This document shows positions 21,883 through 30,553 of a stretch of 64,000 nt of DNA, piece after piece (the stretch's first letter is position 1; every line of letters starts with the position of its first letter). The notes below the pieces were generated by a model. It searched no databases. It was not told the DNA's origin and was given only the letters and a program-made list of their open reading frames with translations. The position numbers and the translations under genes were made by a program. This stretch comes from Thalassobaculaceae bacterium (GTDB taxonomy: Bacteria > Pseudomonadota > Alphaproteobacteria > Thalassobaculales > Thalassobaculaceae): positions 3,082,616 through 3,146,615 of the forward strand of contig OZ245843.1 of NCBI GenBank assembly GCA_965228875.1, in the 5' to 3' direction.

Positions 21883-23037
21883 TCAGCCGGCGATGCGTAC
21901 GGCAAGCTCCGGGCGGACCAGCTTGACGCCCCACAGGACGTCGAACTCCCAGACCGTCTGCTTGTACTGGCGACTGACCTCCAGACGCAGGGACAGGCCG
22001 GTCTGGGCGTCTGTCATCGCCAGGATCCGGTTGCCGAGCGACAGGTCGGCGAGCCCGGCGGACAGCGGCCGCATCGCCAGCGCGAAGGCGTCGCGGTGGA
22101 AGGCGAGGTTGACCACATGGCTCTTGCGGACGGTGACGGCGACGCCGCCCGCGACATCCGTCCTCAGCGCCGGCGTCAGGCCGACGCTGGTGCTTCCGGT
22201 CGACAGGCTCACGCCCGCGGTGACCGCGTAGGTCTGGTCGTGACCGGCGAAGGAAAGCACGTCTCCGGCGACCAGGGTCGGGGTGCCGGTATCCGCCGTC
22301 AGCGGGACCGCCGCGCTCCCGCTCGAGATCCCGGCGGTCGTGGTCACGGTGTAGCTGGCGTCGTCGGCGGCACTGCCGGCGGTGTGGACCGGCACGCCGT
22401 CATCGGCGAACCAGTCAATGCCGAACTTGCGGCCGATCTCGCCGTCGATCTTGACCGCGGCCGATCCGGCCTTCTCGGCGTCGGAGAACTGGGCCAGAGC
22501 GAGGGCGTTGGTCTCGGCGTCGAAGTCGAGGACGCCGCGACGGTCCGCCCGCGGGGCGAGCTGCCGGTTCAACAGCTTGCGGGCGAGCGTCGCATCGGCC
22601 ACGTCGGCGGCGAACGGCGTGGCGCCCGCGGTCCCGACATAACCATAGATGCCGACATATTCGGCATGGACGCTGGCGTTCACCGCATTGGCCAGGGCCC
22701 GGATCGCCTCCGACATCTGCATCGGCACGAAGGCCGCGTCATGGTCGATCTCCATGACCTCGCGGTCGGTCAGGTGGAAGCCGGCGCGCTTCCAGTTGTC
22801 GAGCCGAACCTGGACGACATTCGCGGCCAGCGAGGTCGGCACCGGCGGCGTGTTCGACGGGGTCACGTCGGTCGCCGCGATCGCGCTGGGCAACGGAACG
22901 TCGATCGTGTCGCCCTTCTTGGCGGCATCGGACGAGTAGTCCGAGTTGACGAGGCGGGGCATCACCGCCTGCTCGCGCAGCGCCATGAGGCCGCGCGCCA
23001 GGATCTTCGGCATGATGTCGGTTAGCGTGTTCGCCAT
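21883..23037 (-). CDS. Major capsid protein, P22 gp5 coat-like
   Basis: MANTL, LVNSDY, KKGDTIDVP, IGRKFGIDW, NLAFHRDAFALAMRPL, FDVLWGVKLVRPELAVR; AAGGAG RBS. Confidence 0.9.
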   Translation of the reverse strand: MANTLTDIMPKILARGLMALREQAVMPRLVNSDYSSDAAKKGDTIDVPLPSAIAATDVTPSNTPPVPTSLAANVVQVRLDNWKRAGFHLTDREVMEIDHDAAFVPMQMSEAIRALANAVNASVHAEYVGIYGYVGTAGATPFAADVADATLARKLLNRQLAPRADRRGVLDFDAETNALALAQFSDAEKAGSAAVKIDGEIGRKFGIDWFADDGVPVHTAGSAADDASYTVTTTAGISSGSAAVPLTADTGTPTLVAGDVLSFAGHDQTYAVTAGVSLSTGSTSVGLTPALRTDVAGGVAVTVRKSHVVNLAFHRDAFALAMRPLSAGLADLSLGNRILAMTDAQTGLSLRLEVSRQYKQTVWEFDVLWGVKLVRPELAVRIAG

Positions 23038-23241
23038 GGCGAACTCCTTTTTGCGTCTGGAGACTGAGGAGACGCGCCGGCATCCCGCCTGGCGTCGGAG
23101 ACGATGCGCGCGGCCACCCGGACCGGCGCCTACGGTCACGGCGCGGCGGGCGTCCCACCCCTGCCGCCAGGGGAGGAAACGTCCGCCCCTGACCATGTGA
23201 GCTTTATTGTTTCTGGTGACTTAGAGAGATCGGGTCGGCGG

Positions 23242-23817
23242 TCACGCCACCCGAACCCGGCCGGCGGCGATGTCGGCGACGTGGCGGGCGACGGCGCGGG
23301 GGTCGGAGGCGGAGACGGTGACAGGCGCCGCCTCGCCCCGGCCCGCCACCGGCGCGCCGCTCCCTGACTTCCCGGACGCCTCGAAGGCACGGCCGTAGAC
23401 GGGGTCGGCGCGGATCGCCTCGACGACCTGGGACACGGCAAGGGCGGTCCCGTCCTCGCTCCGCGCGGCGACGGAGCCGTCCTCGGCCACCGACAGGCGC
23501 GCAGTCACCGCCGGCAGCAGCAGCTCCGGAACGCCGTGGGCGGCCCGGATCGCCGCGCGGGCCTCGGCTTCGATCAGGCGGGTCTCCAGCGTTCCGGCGC
23601 GGTCCGTGCCGGCTCCGCTTGCCTCCTCGCGCGCCGACAGTTCGGCCTTCAGCGCCTTGCGTTCGGCCCGCTCCTTCTCCAGCGCCGATTTGAGGCCGGA
23701 AACGTCCTCCACCCCGTCGGCGTCGAGCCGCCAGCGTCCGTCCTCCGTCTCCACGTAATGGGCGCGTACCGGCTCGGGCAGGTCGTCCAGGGCGTCGGCG
23801 ATCGCGGGAAGCGGCAT
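23242..23817 (-). CDS. Capsid scaffolding protein
   Basis: LDDLPEPVRAHYVETEDGRWRLD, DVSGLKSALEKER, FEASGKSGSGA; lies between portal and capsid. Confidence 0.8.
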   Translation of the reverse strand: MPLPAIADALDDLPEPVRAHYVETEDGRWRLDADGVEDVSGLKSALEKERAERKALKAELSAREEASGAGTDRAGTLETRLIEAEARAAIRAAHGVPELLLPAVTARLSVAEDGSVAARSEDGTALAVSQVVEAIRADPVYGRAFEASGKSGSGAPVAGRGEAAPVTVSASDPRAVARHVADIAAGRVRVA

Positions 23818-23849
23818 GGTCTTTCTCCCTTGTCTCGGTCTCGGTCAGG

Positions 23850-25205
23850 TCATCGGGGCATGTCGGCGAGGATGCCGCGGCGGCGGATCTCGGCGAGGAA
23901 AGTCTGACGGTCGATCTCCCCGGCCAGGCGGGTCCTGAGCAGGAGGTCGATCTCCTCCGCCTCGCGGGCGTCGAGACCGACATCGGCATCCAGGGTCACC
24001 CGACCGGCGGCGGTCGGGTCGAGGTCCATCCACCGGGCGGCCAGGCCGAGGGCTCGACTCAGACACTCCTCGACCTCGCGGACCAGCCCGGCGAGCGCGC
24101 TGTCGGCCCGGGCGGCGTCGATCGCCCGCTCGGTCGCCGTCACGCCGCCGGAGCGTCCGACCAGAAGATCGAGTCCCATCACCGCCATCCGGTCCTCCAG
24201 ATCCGCGAGGTCCTGACGGCCGGCCGCGATGGCCGCGCCGGAATGCTCGACATACCGCAGGTCCGCCCCGTCACCCTCGCCCAGGATCAATCGGTTCGGG
24301 CCGATCTCTACCCCGTCCTCGCCGACCTTCAGGTTGCGGGCGAACAGGATCGGCACCCGGGCGACATGCAGGATGTGGCGCTGATCGGAACTGGACTGCC
24401 AGTGCGCCAGGTTGAGCCAGGCGAGATCGAGCAGCGGCGGTCGGGCGGTCAGAAACCCGGTGCGCCCGGCATAGATCGTGACCAGCGGAATCTCCGCCAG
24501 GCTGGTCTCGCCGCCGGCGACGCGACGCCACGGCAGGTCGTCGCCGTCTCCAGGCCGGCGCCAGACCGACCAGCGGCCGGGTTCGAGCACGCGGATCTGC
24601 GCCACCGCCTTCTCGCCCCAGGCCCCGTCGCGTTCGACCACGGTCTCGCGGATACGGACCCGCTCCAGGGCACCGTCGCCGCCGATCCGCCAACCGATCA
24701 GATCGCGCGCCGGCACATGAACGAGATAGGGCCGGGCGCCGCGCTCGCGCTCGTCGTGCAGGGTATCGAGGTCGCCACCGGCCGGCGGGAAATCGACGAG
24801 AAGATGGGTCACGCCATCGCTCAGCGCCGCCCGAAGGATATCGCGGGCCAGCGTCGTCAGGTCGCGACCGCCCATGTCGAGGTCGCGGCAGAGGGCACGG
24901 ACCCGCGGGTCCGCGTCGTCGGACAGGCTGGCCGGGCGGGCGAAGGGTTTGCCGGACAGCGTCTGGACCGCCCGGCCGAGACCGTTGAACAGCACCGTCC
25001 GCGACAACCGGATGCGGTAGGCCTCCAGGCTCTCCTTCGGCTCGCGCGGCAGCCAGCGTTCGCCGGCCGCCCGCATCGCCCGGGTGCCGCCCAGCAGGTC
25101 GTGCACCAGTTCCCAGTCGGGGGCCATGGCGTGCCAGGCGGCGCCGGGCGTGGCGACGTCGGCCGCGCCGGCGGCCGAGGCGGATGGGTTCGCGCGGTGT
25201 CTCAT
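23850..25205 (-). CDS. Portal protein (DUF4055 type)
   Basis: LLGGTRAMRAAGERWLP, AYRIRLSR, PPLLDLAWLNLAHWQSSSD, YVEHSG, TATE. Confidence 0.88.
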   Translation of the reverse strand: MRHRANPSASAAGAADVATPGAAWHAMAPDWELVHDLLGGTRAMRAAGERWLPREPKESLEAYRIRLSRTVLFNGLGRAVQTLSGKPFARPASLSDDADPRVRALCRDLDMGGRDLTTLARDILRAALSDGVTHLLVDFPPAGGDLDTLHDERERGARPYLVHVPARDLIGWRIGGDGALERVRIRETVVERDGAWGEKAVAQIRVLEPGRWSVWRRPGDGDDLPWRRVAGGETSLAEIPLVTIYAGRTGFLTARPPLLDLAWLNLAHWQSSSDQRHILHVARVPILFARNLKVGEDGVEIGPNRLILGEGDGADLRYVEHSGAAIAAGRQDLADLEDRMAVMGLDLLVGRSGGVTATERAIDAARADSALAGLVREVEECLSRALGLAARWMDLDPTAAGRVTLDADVGLDAREAEEIDLLLRTRLAGEIDRQTFLAEIRRRGILADMPR

Positions 25206-25221
25206 GGTCCGTCCTCTCGGA

Positions 25222-25587
25222 TCAGGGATGGTCGGGTCCGGCGTCCCACTCGACCGGGATGCGGACGGACGCGATCAGGCTGGCGCCGTCGGAGCGCAGG
25301 TCGGTCACCGGCGGCCGAACCGCGAGCCGGGGGCCGCCGGCGCGGCGCAGAGCACCGATCAGCCGTTCCGCGCCGCCGAACGCCAGGTCGGCGCTGTCGG
25401 CCGTCAGTCCGATCAGCAGCTCGGTCCGCCGGCGCACCATCAGTCGGTCGCCGGACCGCAGCAGCAGGGTCGCCGACGCGCTCAGGACCCCGCGGCCGGC
25501 TCCCCAGACCATGCTTCCGACGGCCGGGCTTTCGACGGCCGGGCTTCCGACGGCCGGGACCTCGACATCCAAGGCCCGAAAGCTCAC
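25222..25587 (-). CDS. Hypothetical protein
   Basis: 121-aa ORF overlapping the upstream stop (GTGA); contains a 5-aa tandem repeat. Confidence 0.55.
   Translation of the reverse strand: MSFRALDVEVPAVGSPAVESPAVGSMVWGAGRGVLSASATLLLRSGDRLMVRRRTELLIGLTADSADLAFGGAERLIGALRRAGGPRLAVRPPVTDLRSDGASLIASVRIPVEWDAGPDHP
25513..25557. repeat. Three tandem 15-bp units GCTT(C/T)CGACGGCCGG
   Basis: Read directly; encodes PAVGS-PAVES-PAVGS on the minus strand. Confidence 0.9.
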
Positions 25588-25982
25588 CGGAACGCGTCGT
25601 GCCAGAACGGCGCGGCGACCCGCAGGCAGAAATAGGCCGGGTCCTCGGGACCCGGATAGGTGCTCGCCGCCTCGAACGTCAGGCCGGGGACACCGGCGCC
25701 GGCGAACAGGCCGGCGACATCATCCGCCAGGCGCAGGGCGCCGGCGGTCCCGCTGCCGGCGGCGACGCGGACCTCCACCAGCGCGACACCGGTGCAGCGA
25801 AACCGCCGCAGGTCGCCGCCGAACGACGCCTGGGTCGCCCCCGTCGGCTCGACCGCAAGGCGCACCCAGGGACCGCCATGGGCCGGCGGCGTGAAATCGA
25901 CATTCGGGTAGGCGACCGCCGTCGCCGACCAGCCGGCGGCGAACAGGCTCTCGATCGCCGCGCGCGCCTCGTCCAGGGTCAT
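25584..25982 (-). CDS. Tail terminator-like protein (DUF4128)
   Basis: VAYPNVDFTPP, PWVRL, GSGTAGALRLAD; AGGAGG RBS. Confidence 0.78.
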   Translation of the reverse strand: MTLDEARAAIESLFAAGWSATAVAYPNVDFTPPAHGGPWVRLAVEPTGATQASFGGDLRRFRCTGVALVEVRVAAGSGTAGALRLADDVAGLFAGAGVPGLTFEAASTYPGPEDPAYFCLRVAAPFWHDAFR

Positions 25983-26010
25983 TGTCGCCTCCTCGGCATG
26001 TTGGCCGGCC

Positions 26011-27357
26011 TCAGATCAGAAACTCGCGGCTTTCCGCCGGCGCCGGGTCGGTCATCAGGGCGGTCACCGCCCAGACCAGCGCGTCCAGCCGGTCCGGTGA
26101 GGCCTCGCCCGAAGCGCCGGTGAAGCCGGTCATCTGATCCTCCAGCGCCTCGAAGGTGCCGGCGTGGCGCACGCGGCCCTGCTCGTAGAGCGCGGCGACG
26201 GGCTCGGCGCGCACCCGCTTGCCCCGCGTCGCCCGCACGCCGCGGACCGGCAGGGCGGGATCGACGGTGCGCAGGGTCGCCGCCACCAGATCGCCGCCCT
26301 GGTTGACCTCGCAGATCACGCAGTCGGCGCGGTGGCGGGCATGGGCTGTCGCCGCCCGCCGGGCCCACAGATCGGGACTGAGCCTGGCCGACAGATCCTC
26401 CAGCACCCAGAATCTGCCATCGCCGTCGCGGCCGGCGACCACGATCCCGGTCTCGTCGGCCGTCTCGCCGCTGGTCACCGCCGGGTCGACGGCGACCACG
26501 ATCCGGGCAAGATCGGGCACCGCCGCCGGCGCGACCCAACACCGCTCGACCGCGGCCCTCGTCCACAGCGCGCCCGGCATGTCGACCAGGTATTCGCCTT
26601 CGATCTCCTGTCGCCCGAGCCGCGTGCCGTCGTAACGGGCCAGAATCTGCGCCAGGAAGGCCGGCGCCAGGTTGGCGGCGTTCTCCCGCGTACCGCCGCG
26701 GGTGACGACGGTGCGCGGATCGGCCATCAGCCGCGACAGCCAGGCGCGCGGCTTCGGCGTCGTCGTCGCGACGCAGCGCGGGTCGGAGCCGAGGCGCAGG
26801 CCGAGCATCAGGTTGTCCCACGCCGCCTCGCGGCGCCATTTGGCGATCTCGTCGGCCCACGCGGCATCGAACTGCGGACCGCGCAGCTGATCCGGATCGT
26901 CGGCCGAGAAACAGGTCGCGACCGCGCCGCCGGGCCAGGTCACCCGCCGCTTCGACGGCTCGTAGCGCGGCCGGGCCCAGGGCGGACAGCAGGACAGCAG
27001 GCCGCTCTCCCCCTCGACCATGACGTCGCGGACATCGGCTGCGGTCTCCCCGACCAGCGCGATCCGCCCGGCCCGACCGGTCTCGGCCAGGTGGCGGACC
27101 CATTCAGCCCCGGTCCGGGTCTTGCCGAAACCGCGGCCGGCCAGGATCAGCCAGATCCGCCAGTCGCCGGCCGGAGGCAACTGCTTGTCCCGAGCCCAGA
27201 GCGGCCAGTCGTGCAGCAGATGGGCGGCGTCGCGGTCACTCATCCCCTCCAGCAGGGTCCGGGTCGTCGCCGGGGTCGTCGCCCTCTCCCGGATCAACCT
27301 GCGCAAGGCGCTCGGCGAGCGCGTCGCGGGCTCCGGCATAGTCTTCGGCGGTGTCAT
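26011..27357 (-). CDS. terL: Terminase large subunit (RcGTA/Terminase_6-like); true start may be 27339 or 27243
   Basis: QLPPAGDWRIWLILAGRGFGKTRTGAEW, LRGPQFDAAWADE, TTTPKP, VVAVDP, EVNQGG, SPDRLDALVWA. Confidence 0.93.
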   Translation of the reverse strand: MTPPKTMPEPATRSPSALRRLIRERATTPATTRTLLEGMSDRDAAHLLHDWPLWARDKQLPPAGDWRIWLILAGRGFGKTRTGAEWVRHLAETGRAGRIALVGETAADVRDVMVEGESGLLSCCPPWARPRYEPSKRRVTWPGGAVATCFSADDPDQLRGPQFDAAWADEIAKWRREAAWDNLMLGLRLGSDPRCVATTTPKPRAWLSRLMADPRTVVTRGGTRENAANLAPAFLAQILARYDGTRLGRQEIEGEYLVDMPGALWTRAAVERCWVAPAAVPDLARIVVAVDPAVTSGETADETGIVVAGRDGDGRFWVLEDLSARLSPDLWARRAATAHARHRADCVICEVNQGGDLVAATLRTVDPALPVRGVRATRGKRVRAEPVAALYEQGRVRHAGTFEALEDQMTGFTGASGEASPDRLDALVWAVTALMTDPAPAESREFLI

Positions 27358-27724
27358 CGCTCTCCCCGGTGCTGGGATTCAGCCCGGCGCGCTCGCGGTA
27401 GAGGTCCGGACGGTGGGCGCGCAGCAGAAACATGAGCAGGGTGTCGGAGTACTTGCGGACCGTGCCCGCCACCCTGCCCTGGTGGAAATGCGGAACCTCG
27501 ACCCCGTCGATGGCGCGGCGGCGGGCCTCGGCCGCCAACGCGTCGGTCGCTGTCTCCAGGGCCTCCGCCCATTCGGCGGCGAAGTCCGGATCCTCGGCCC
27601 TGAGCTGGTAGGCGCGGGACCGCGAGGCCTTGGCGGCGCGGGCGGCATGCGCGACGTTGCCCGAGGTCGCGAGCGCGGTCAGGAAGGTCGCGCGCCGCCG
27701 CGACGTCCAACGGTGAACGGGCAT
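27236..27724 (-). CDS. Terminase small subunit
   Basis: FLTALATSGNVAHAARAA HTH, DPDFAAEW, EARRRAIDG, KYSDTLLMFLL; GGAGGAG RBS before ATG 27724. Confidence 0.82.
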   Translation of the reverse strand: MPVHRWTSRRRATFLTALATSGNVAHAARAAKASRSRAYQLRAEDPDFAAEWAEALETATDALAAEARRRAIDGVEVPHFHQGRVAGTVRKYSDTLLMFLLRAHRPDLYRERAGLNPSTGESDDTAEDYAGARDALAERLAQVDPGEGDDPGDDPDPAGGDE

Positions 27725-27749
27725 CGGCTCCTCCGGGTCTGGAACGCGA

Positions 27750-27775
27750 ACAGGCCGCCCGGAGGGGCGGCCTGT
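27750..27775 (-). terminator. Perfect 11-bp hairpin in the terS leader (terminator/attenuator-like)
   Basis: ACAGGCCGCCC-GGAG-GGGCGGCCTGT. Confidence 0.55.
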
Positions 27776-27847
27776 CGATGGTGCAAGGTGCGCGGGGCTT
27801 TCCGGATCCGATTCGACCGCCACCCGTGGGCGCCGGCGATGCAGTGA

Positions 27848-27992
27848 TGTCGGCTGCCAGTATTCCCGTCTCCCGTTATTCAGATAACTAATTGATTTTA
27901 TTGAAGCTCAAATTTCGCAGATGACACATAAAAGATGCCTGACTGCCAAAATTCATGAATTGCGAACAACTTTTGCCAGATTTCGTGAATTG
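27848..27992 (+). repeat. Putative Tn7-like transposon end with TnsB-site-like repeats
   Basis: TGT at 27848, TGCCAGTATTC at 27855, TGCCAAAATTCATGAATTG at 27944, TGCCAGATTTCGTGAATTG at 27974; GC drops at this point. Confidence 0.7.
27885..27897 (-). promoter_or_regulatory. IHF consensus site
   Basis: Minus strand AATCAATTAGTTA matches WATCAANNNNTTR. Confidence 0.55.
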
Positions 27993-28037
27993 GGCATTCC
28001 AGGGCGATTCCTGAGAGGCTCCTGAGCCCCAATTAGG

Positions 28038-28982
28038 CTATCTCCGTTCAGCAGGATATCGTTCCAGCACTTTCCTAAGAGCCGTACCAAGCGGCGCATG
28101 GCTTACACCTGCGTGCACCAAGGACTCCTCGAGTTTCCAAAGCGATCGGACGTACTTCTTGAGCGGCCCATACCGCCCAACAGGGATCAATGATGAAACC
28201 TGGTTATCGAACATTGCCGGATCGATTTTGAGCAGCCTCATGCCCCGCGATAGCAACAGACCGACCTCTGGGGTCAGACGATCGTCCAATTTGAAGCTGG
28301 CGTTCGGCTCAGCACCAAGGAGCCCCAGTACTTGGCTCGCCTTCAGGAGCTCTGAAAATCGCAGCCCCTTCATAAGCGGATACGTCTTTCGCTCCTCGCC
28401 CATCAACATTCGGAGCAGGTAACTCGGGCCGATGAGTTCATCGGTATCCACAGGGGTCGGGACGGATACGTCGGTCGTGGAAACGAGCGAGGATCCGCAA
28501 CGACATTTGTCGGGCGCCTCCGTCCGCCAATAAAGCTGCATTCTGCATACCGGGCATCGGTCCACGAGGCGGATCTTGTGCAACATGCATGCACCGGCGA
28601 ACCGCAGGGTCCAAGCAATGCGATGGTATCCTGGGCCCATAGCCACGCAAACTGGGCAGAACCGCCGAAGGTGCAATACGATTGCCTTGGTCGGCACATC
28701 CTGTCCGAGCAATGCCGACATTGACTGGTTAGGTCCCATGATCCTGCGTATCGGCGCAATTCGTCGAAGCTCATCAAACGGTCGTCCTGTGACGGACGCC
28801 AAGCGCGAAATCTCGTCATCTTTGTAGAAGTTTTGGGGAAACTTGACGCTCGCCGCCTCCGCAACCCACGCGGCAAACTTGAAGTGGTTCAATTGCGCGA
28901 TCCGGGCAATGAAACCGTTGATCGATTCGTCCGCATACGGCACGGTTCGAAGCGGCAGTTCAATAATGTCAGTATTTTCCAT
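28038..28982 (-). CDS. tniQ: TniQ family target-selector protein (copy 1)
   Basis: PYADESINGFIARIAQLN, RFCPVC, W...CMLHKIRLVDRCPVC, CRCG. Confidence 0.88.
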   Translation of the reverse strand: MENTDIIELPLRTVPYADESINGFIARIAQLNHFKFAAWVAEAASVKFPQNFYKDDEISRLASVTGRPFDELRRIAPIRRIMGPNQSMSALLGQDVPTKAIVLHLRRFCPVCVAMGPGYHRIAWTLRFAGACMLHKIRLVDRCPVCRMQLYWRTEAPDKCRCGSSLVSTTDVSVPTPVDTDELIGPSYLLRMLMGEERKTYPLMKGLRFSELLKASQVLGLLGAEPNASFKLDDRLTPEVGLLLSRGMRLLKIDPAMFDNQVSSLIPVGRYGPLKKYVRSLWKLEESLVHAGVSHAPLGTALRKVLERYPAERR

Positions 28983-29057
28983 AATTTCGAGGATTCGACC
29001 GGGGCACAATGACCGTCTATAGCGCCAACGTGCGCGACGCTAGGTTGGCCAAACCTC

Positions 29058-29166
29058 TGCCACACTTAGCGGACCAGATGCAATGTTTGCCAGAATTACT
29101 GCCTTCTGGACCGTGAAATGCCACAATTGCTGAATTCGGTTCAGGTTTGACACAATTACCGAATTT
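29058..29166 (+). repeat. Four ~30-bp-spaced copies of the end-type motif (consensus TGCCACAATTNCTGAATT)
   Basis: Starts at 29058, 29088, 29119 and 29148. Confidence 0.7.
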
Positions 29167-29461
29167 TGAGGGAACCTGTAGTTCGCGCTTTGAGAGACCA
29201 CATTTCAGTTGCGGTCGGTAGTCGTGGGAAGGCGAGTTGCTGGTTGAGGTATCCGGGGAGTGTGGCTTAACCACGGCCCTCCACTTGAGCTTTGCGAAGC
29301 GGCTTATACCCTCGAGATCTTGCGTACGTAGCCCAGAAGCTGTCTCGACTGAGATGGTGCCACCCTCGATCATGATCTGGTTCCGAAGGTTCAGGACACC
29401 TTGATCAAGTTCGCCCGCGCCGCAAGGATGTCCAGATCGCTTCGCCGCACTAAGAGCATCA

Positions 29462-29490
29462 AGAGGCCGACGAAGGAATCGTCGGCCTCT
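29462..29490 (-). terminator. 12-bp perfect hairpin downstream of tnsC
   Basis: AGAGGCCGACGA-AGGAA-TCGTCGGCCTCT. Confidence 0.55.
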
Positions 29491-29571
29491 CGTCTATTCT
29501 GGAATAGCATGGGCTCCCAGCGAGTATTCTGTCGATGCGCACCACCGACAGCCAGAAGGCCCGGACGCAGG

Positions 29572-30537
29572 TTACGCAGCCCGCGGGAGCGCTTCGAAGG
29601 GATTGGCCCAGTCGGGCGACTCCCGAAAATCCTCAGCGGTCTCCCAAAGAATCTCTTTCGTCAGGCACTCCGCGCCATCTACCAGCCCCCTGATGCATGC
29701 CGCGTAAAGGAAATCGACCGCACGGCCAACTACGCCCTCGGAAAACTGCCAAATCCCGTACGCCGCATCCACATCCATGCTGAGATTTGACGGATTGGAG
29801 AATGGCAGGTGCTTCTCACAAGCGGCCAAGATGGCAGCAAAGTACGTTTGGTGTTCCTCGTTGCTCCAGTCGAACCTTCCAAGCACAAACCGACCGAGTG
29901 CGCGACGAGCGAGTTGTTCATTCACCTCGAAGATGACGCTGGCCTCTGGCATTCCTGCCAACACGATAGGGCAGGCGTTTGAGTTCAGCAGGGTCTTCAC
30001 GAAGTCCGCCGCGCTGGAGATGACCCGCCTGCTCTTCGTGTCAACCAGATGCTGCACTTCATCTAAAACGACTACCTGAACCTCTTGTTCACGCAGGTGA
30101 TGCTTGACCCGCCCGGTCAGCGCTGCCTCGCTGCCTCGAGAGGCCAACCCGTCTGGCAGACCCATTGCCCGAAGCATGTTCTCCGCCAGACTCTTTGTCG
30201 TGCATTTGGGTGGGACCTCGATGTAGAGCACAGGACGCTTGTCACCTTCCGGTGTCTCCTCCACTGCGAACTGCCTGCACCAACGTTCGACGGTCGTTGT
30301 CTTACCACTGCCGGATTCCCCCGTGATGAGGAGACAACGAGCCGGGCTTGGGCGGCCCGCGTTGATATTCCCGTAGAGCATCAGCCTTTCCAGCGCCGCA
30401 ACAATCCTAGTCGCGTCCCTGTGCGGCACATACACCTGTTTAAGGGGGCGCAACTGCTGCTGAAGCCGCTCCGCAGCTTTGCTAAGGCCATTCTCACTCG
30501 AATCGATTTCTTGTTTGTTCGTAGCTTTCTTTCCCAT
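29572..30537 (-). CDS. tnsC: TnsC/TniB AAA+ transposition ATPase
   Basis: Walker A GESGSGKT, Walker B VVVLDEVQH, PIVLAG, QLARR. Confidence 0.92.
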   Translation of the reverse strand: MGKKATNKQEIDSSENGLSKAAERLQQQLRPLKQVYVPHRDATRIVAALERLMLYGNINAGRPSPARCLLITGESGSGKTTTVERWCRQFAVEETPEGDKRPVLYIEVPPKCTTKSLAENMLRAMGLPDGLASRGSEAALTGRVKHHLREQEVQVVVLDEVQHLVDTKSRRVISSAADFVKTLLNSNACPIVLAGMPEASVIFEVNEQLARRALGRFVLGRFDWSNEEHQTYFAAILAACEKHLPFSNPSNLSMDVDAAYGIWQFSEGVVGRAVDFLYAACIRGLVDGAECLTKEILWETAEDFRESPDWANPFEALPRAA

Positions 30538-30553
30538 GGTTGTTTCTCCTCTC

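Larger units (their letters stand above)
9895..27724 (-). mobile_element. Phage-derived head-tail morphogenesis cluster; candidate GTA-like element or domesticated prophage remnant
   Basis: About 20 co-oriented genes from TerS to tail tip; no integrase, repressor, replication or endolysin gene seen; GC-rich like the flanking host genes. Confidence 0.8.

Noticed and set aside
9895..27724. Complete inducible prophage
   Set aside because: No integrase, repressor, replication or endolysin genes in the window, though they could lie beyond the far end of the insertion
9895..27724. Canonical RcGTA cluster or tailocin
   Set aside because: Portal, capsid and tail families differ from RcGTA, and head and terminase genes exclude a tailocin
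27944..29166. ~30-bp periodic repeats as a CRISPR or mini-array for a CAST
   Set aside because: Units are about 18 bp with only about 12 bp between them, they are degenerate, and no cas genes are present; they fit transposase binding sites better
29017..29373. 118-aa ORF between tnsC and tniQ-1
   Set aside because: No recognisable motifs and it runs through the repeat array; likely spurious
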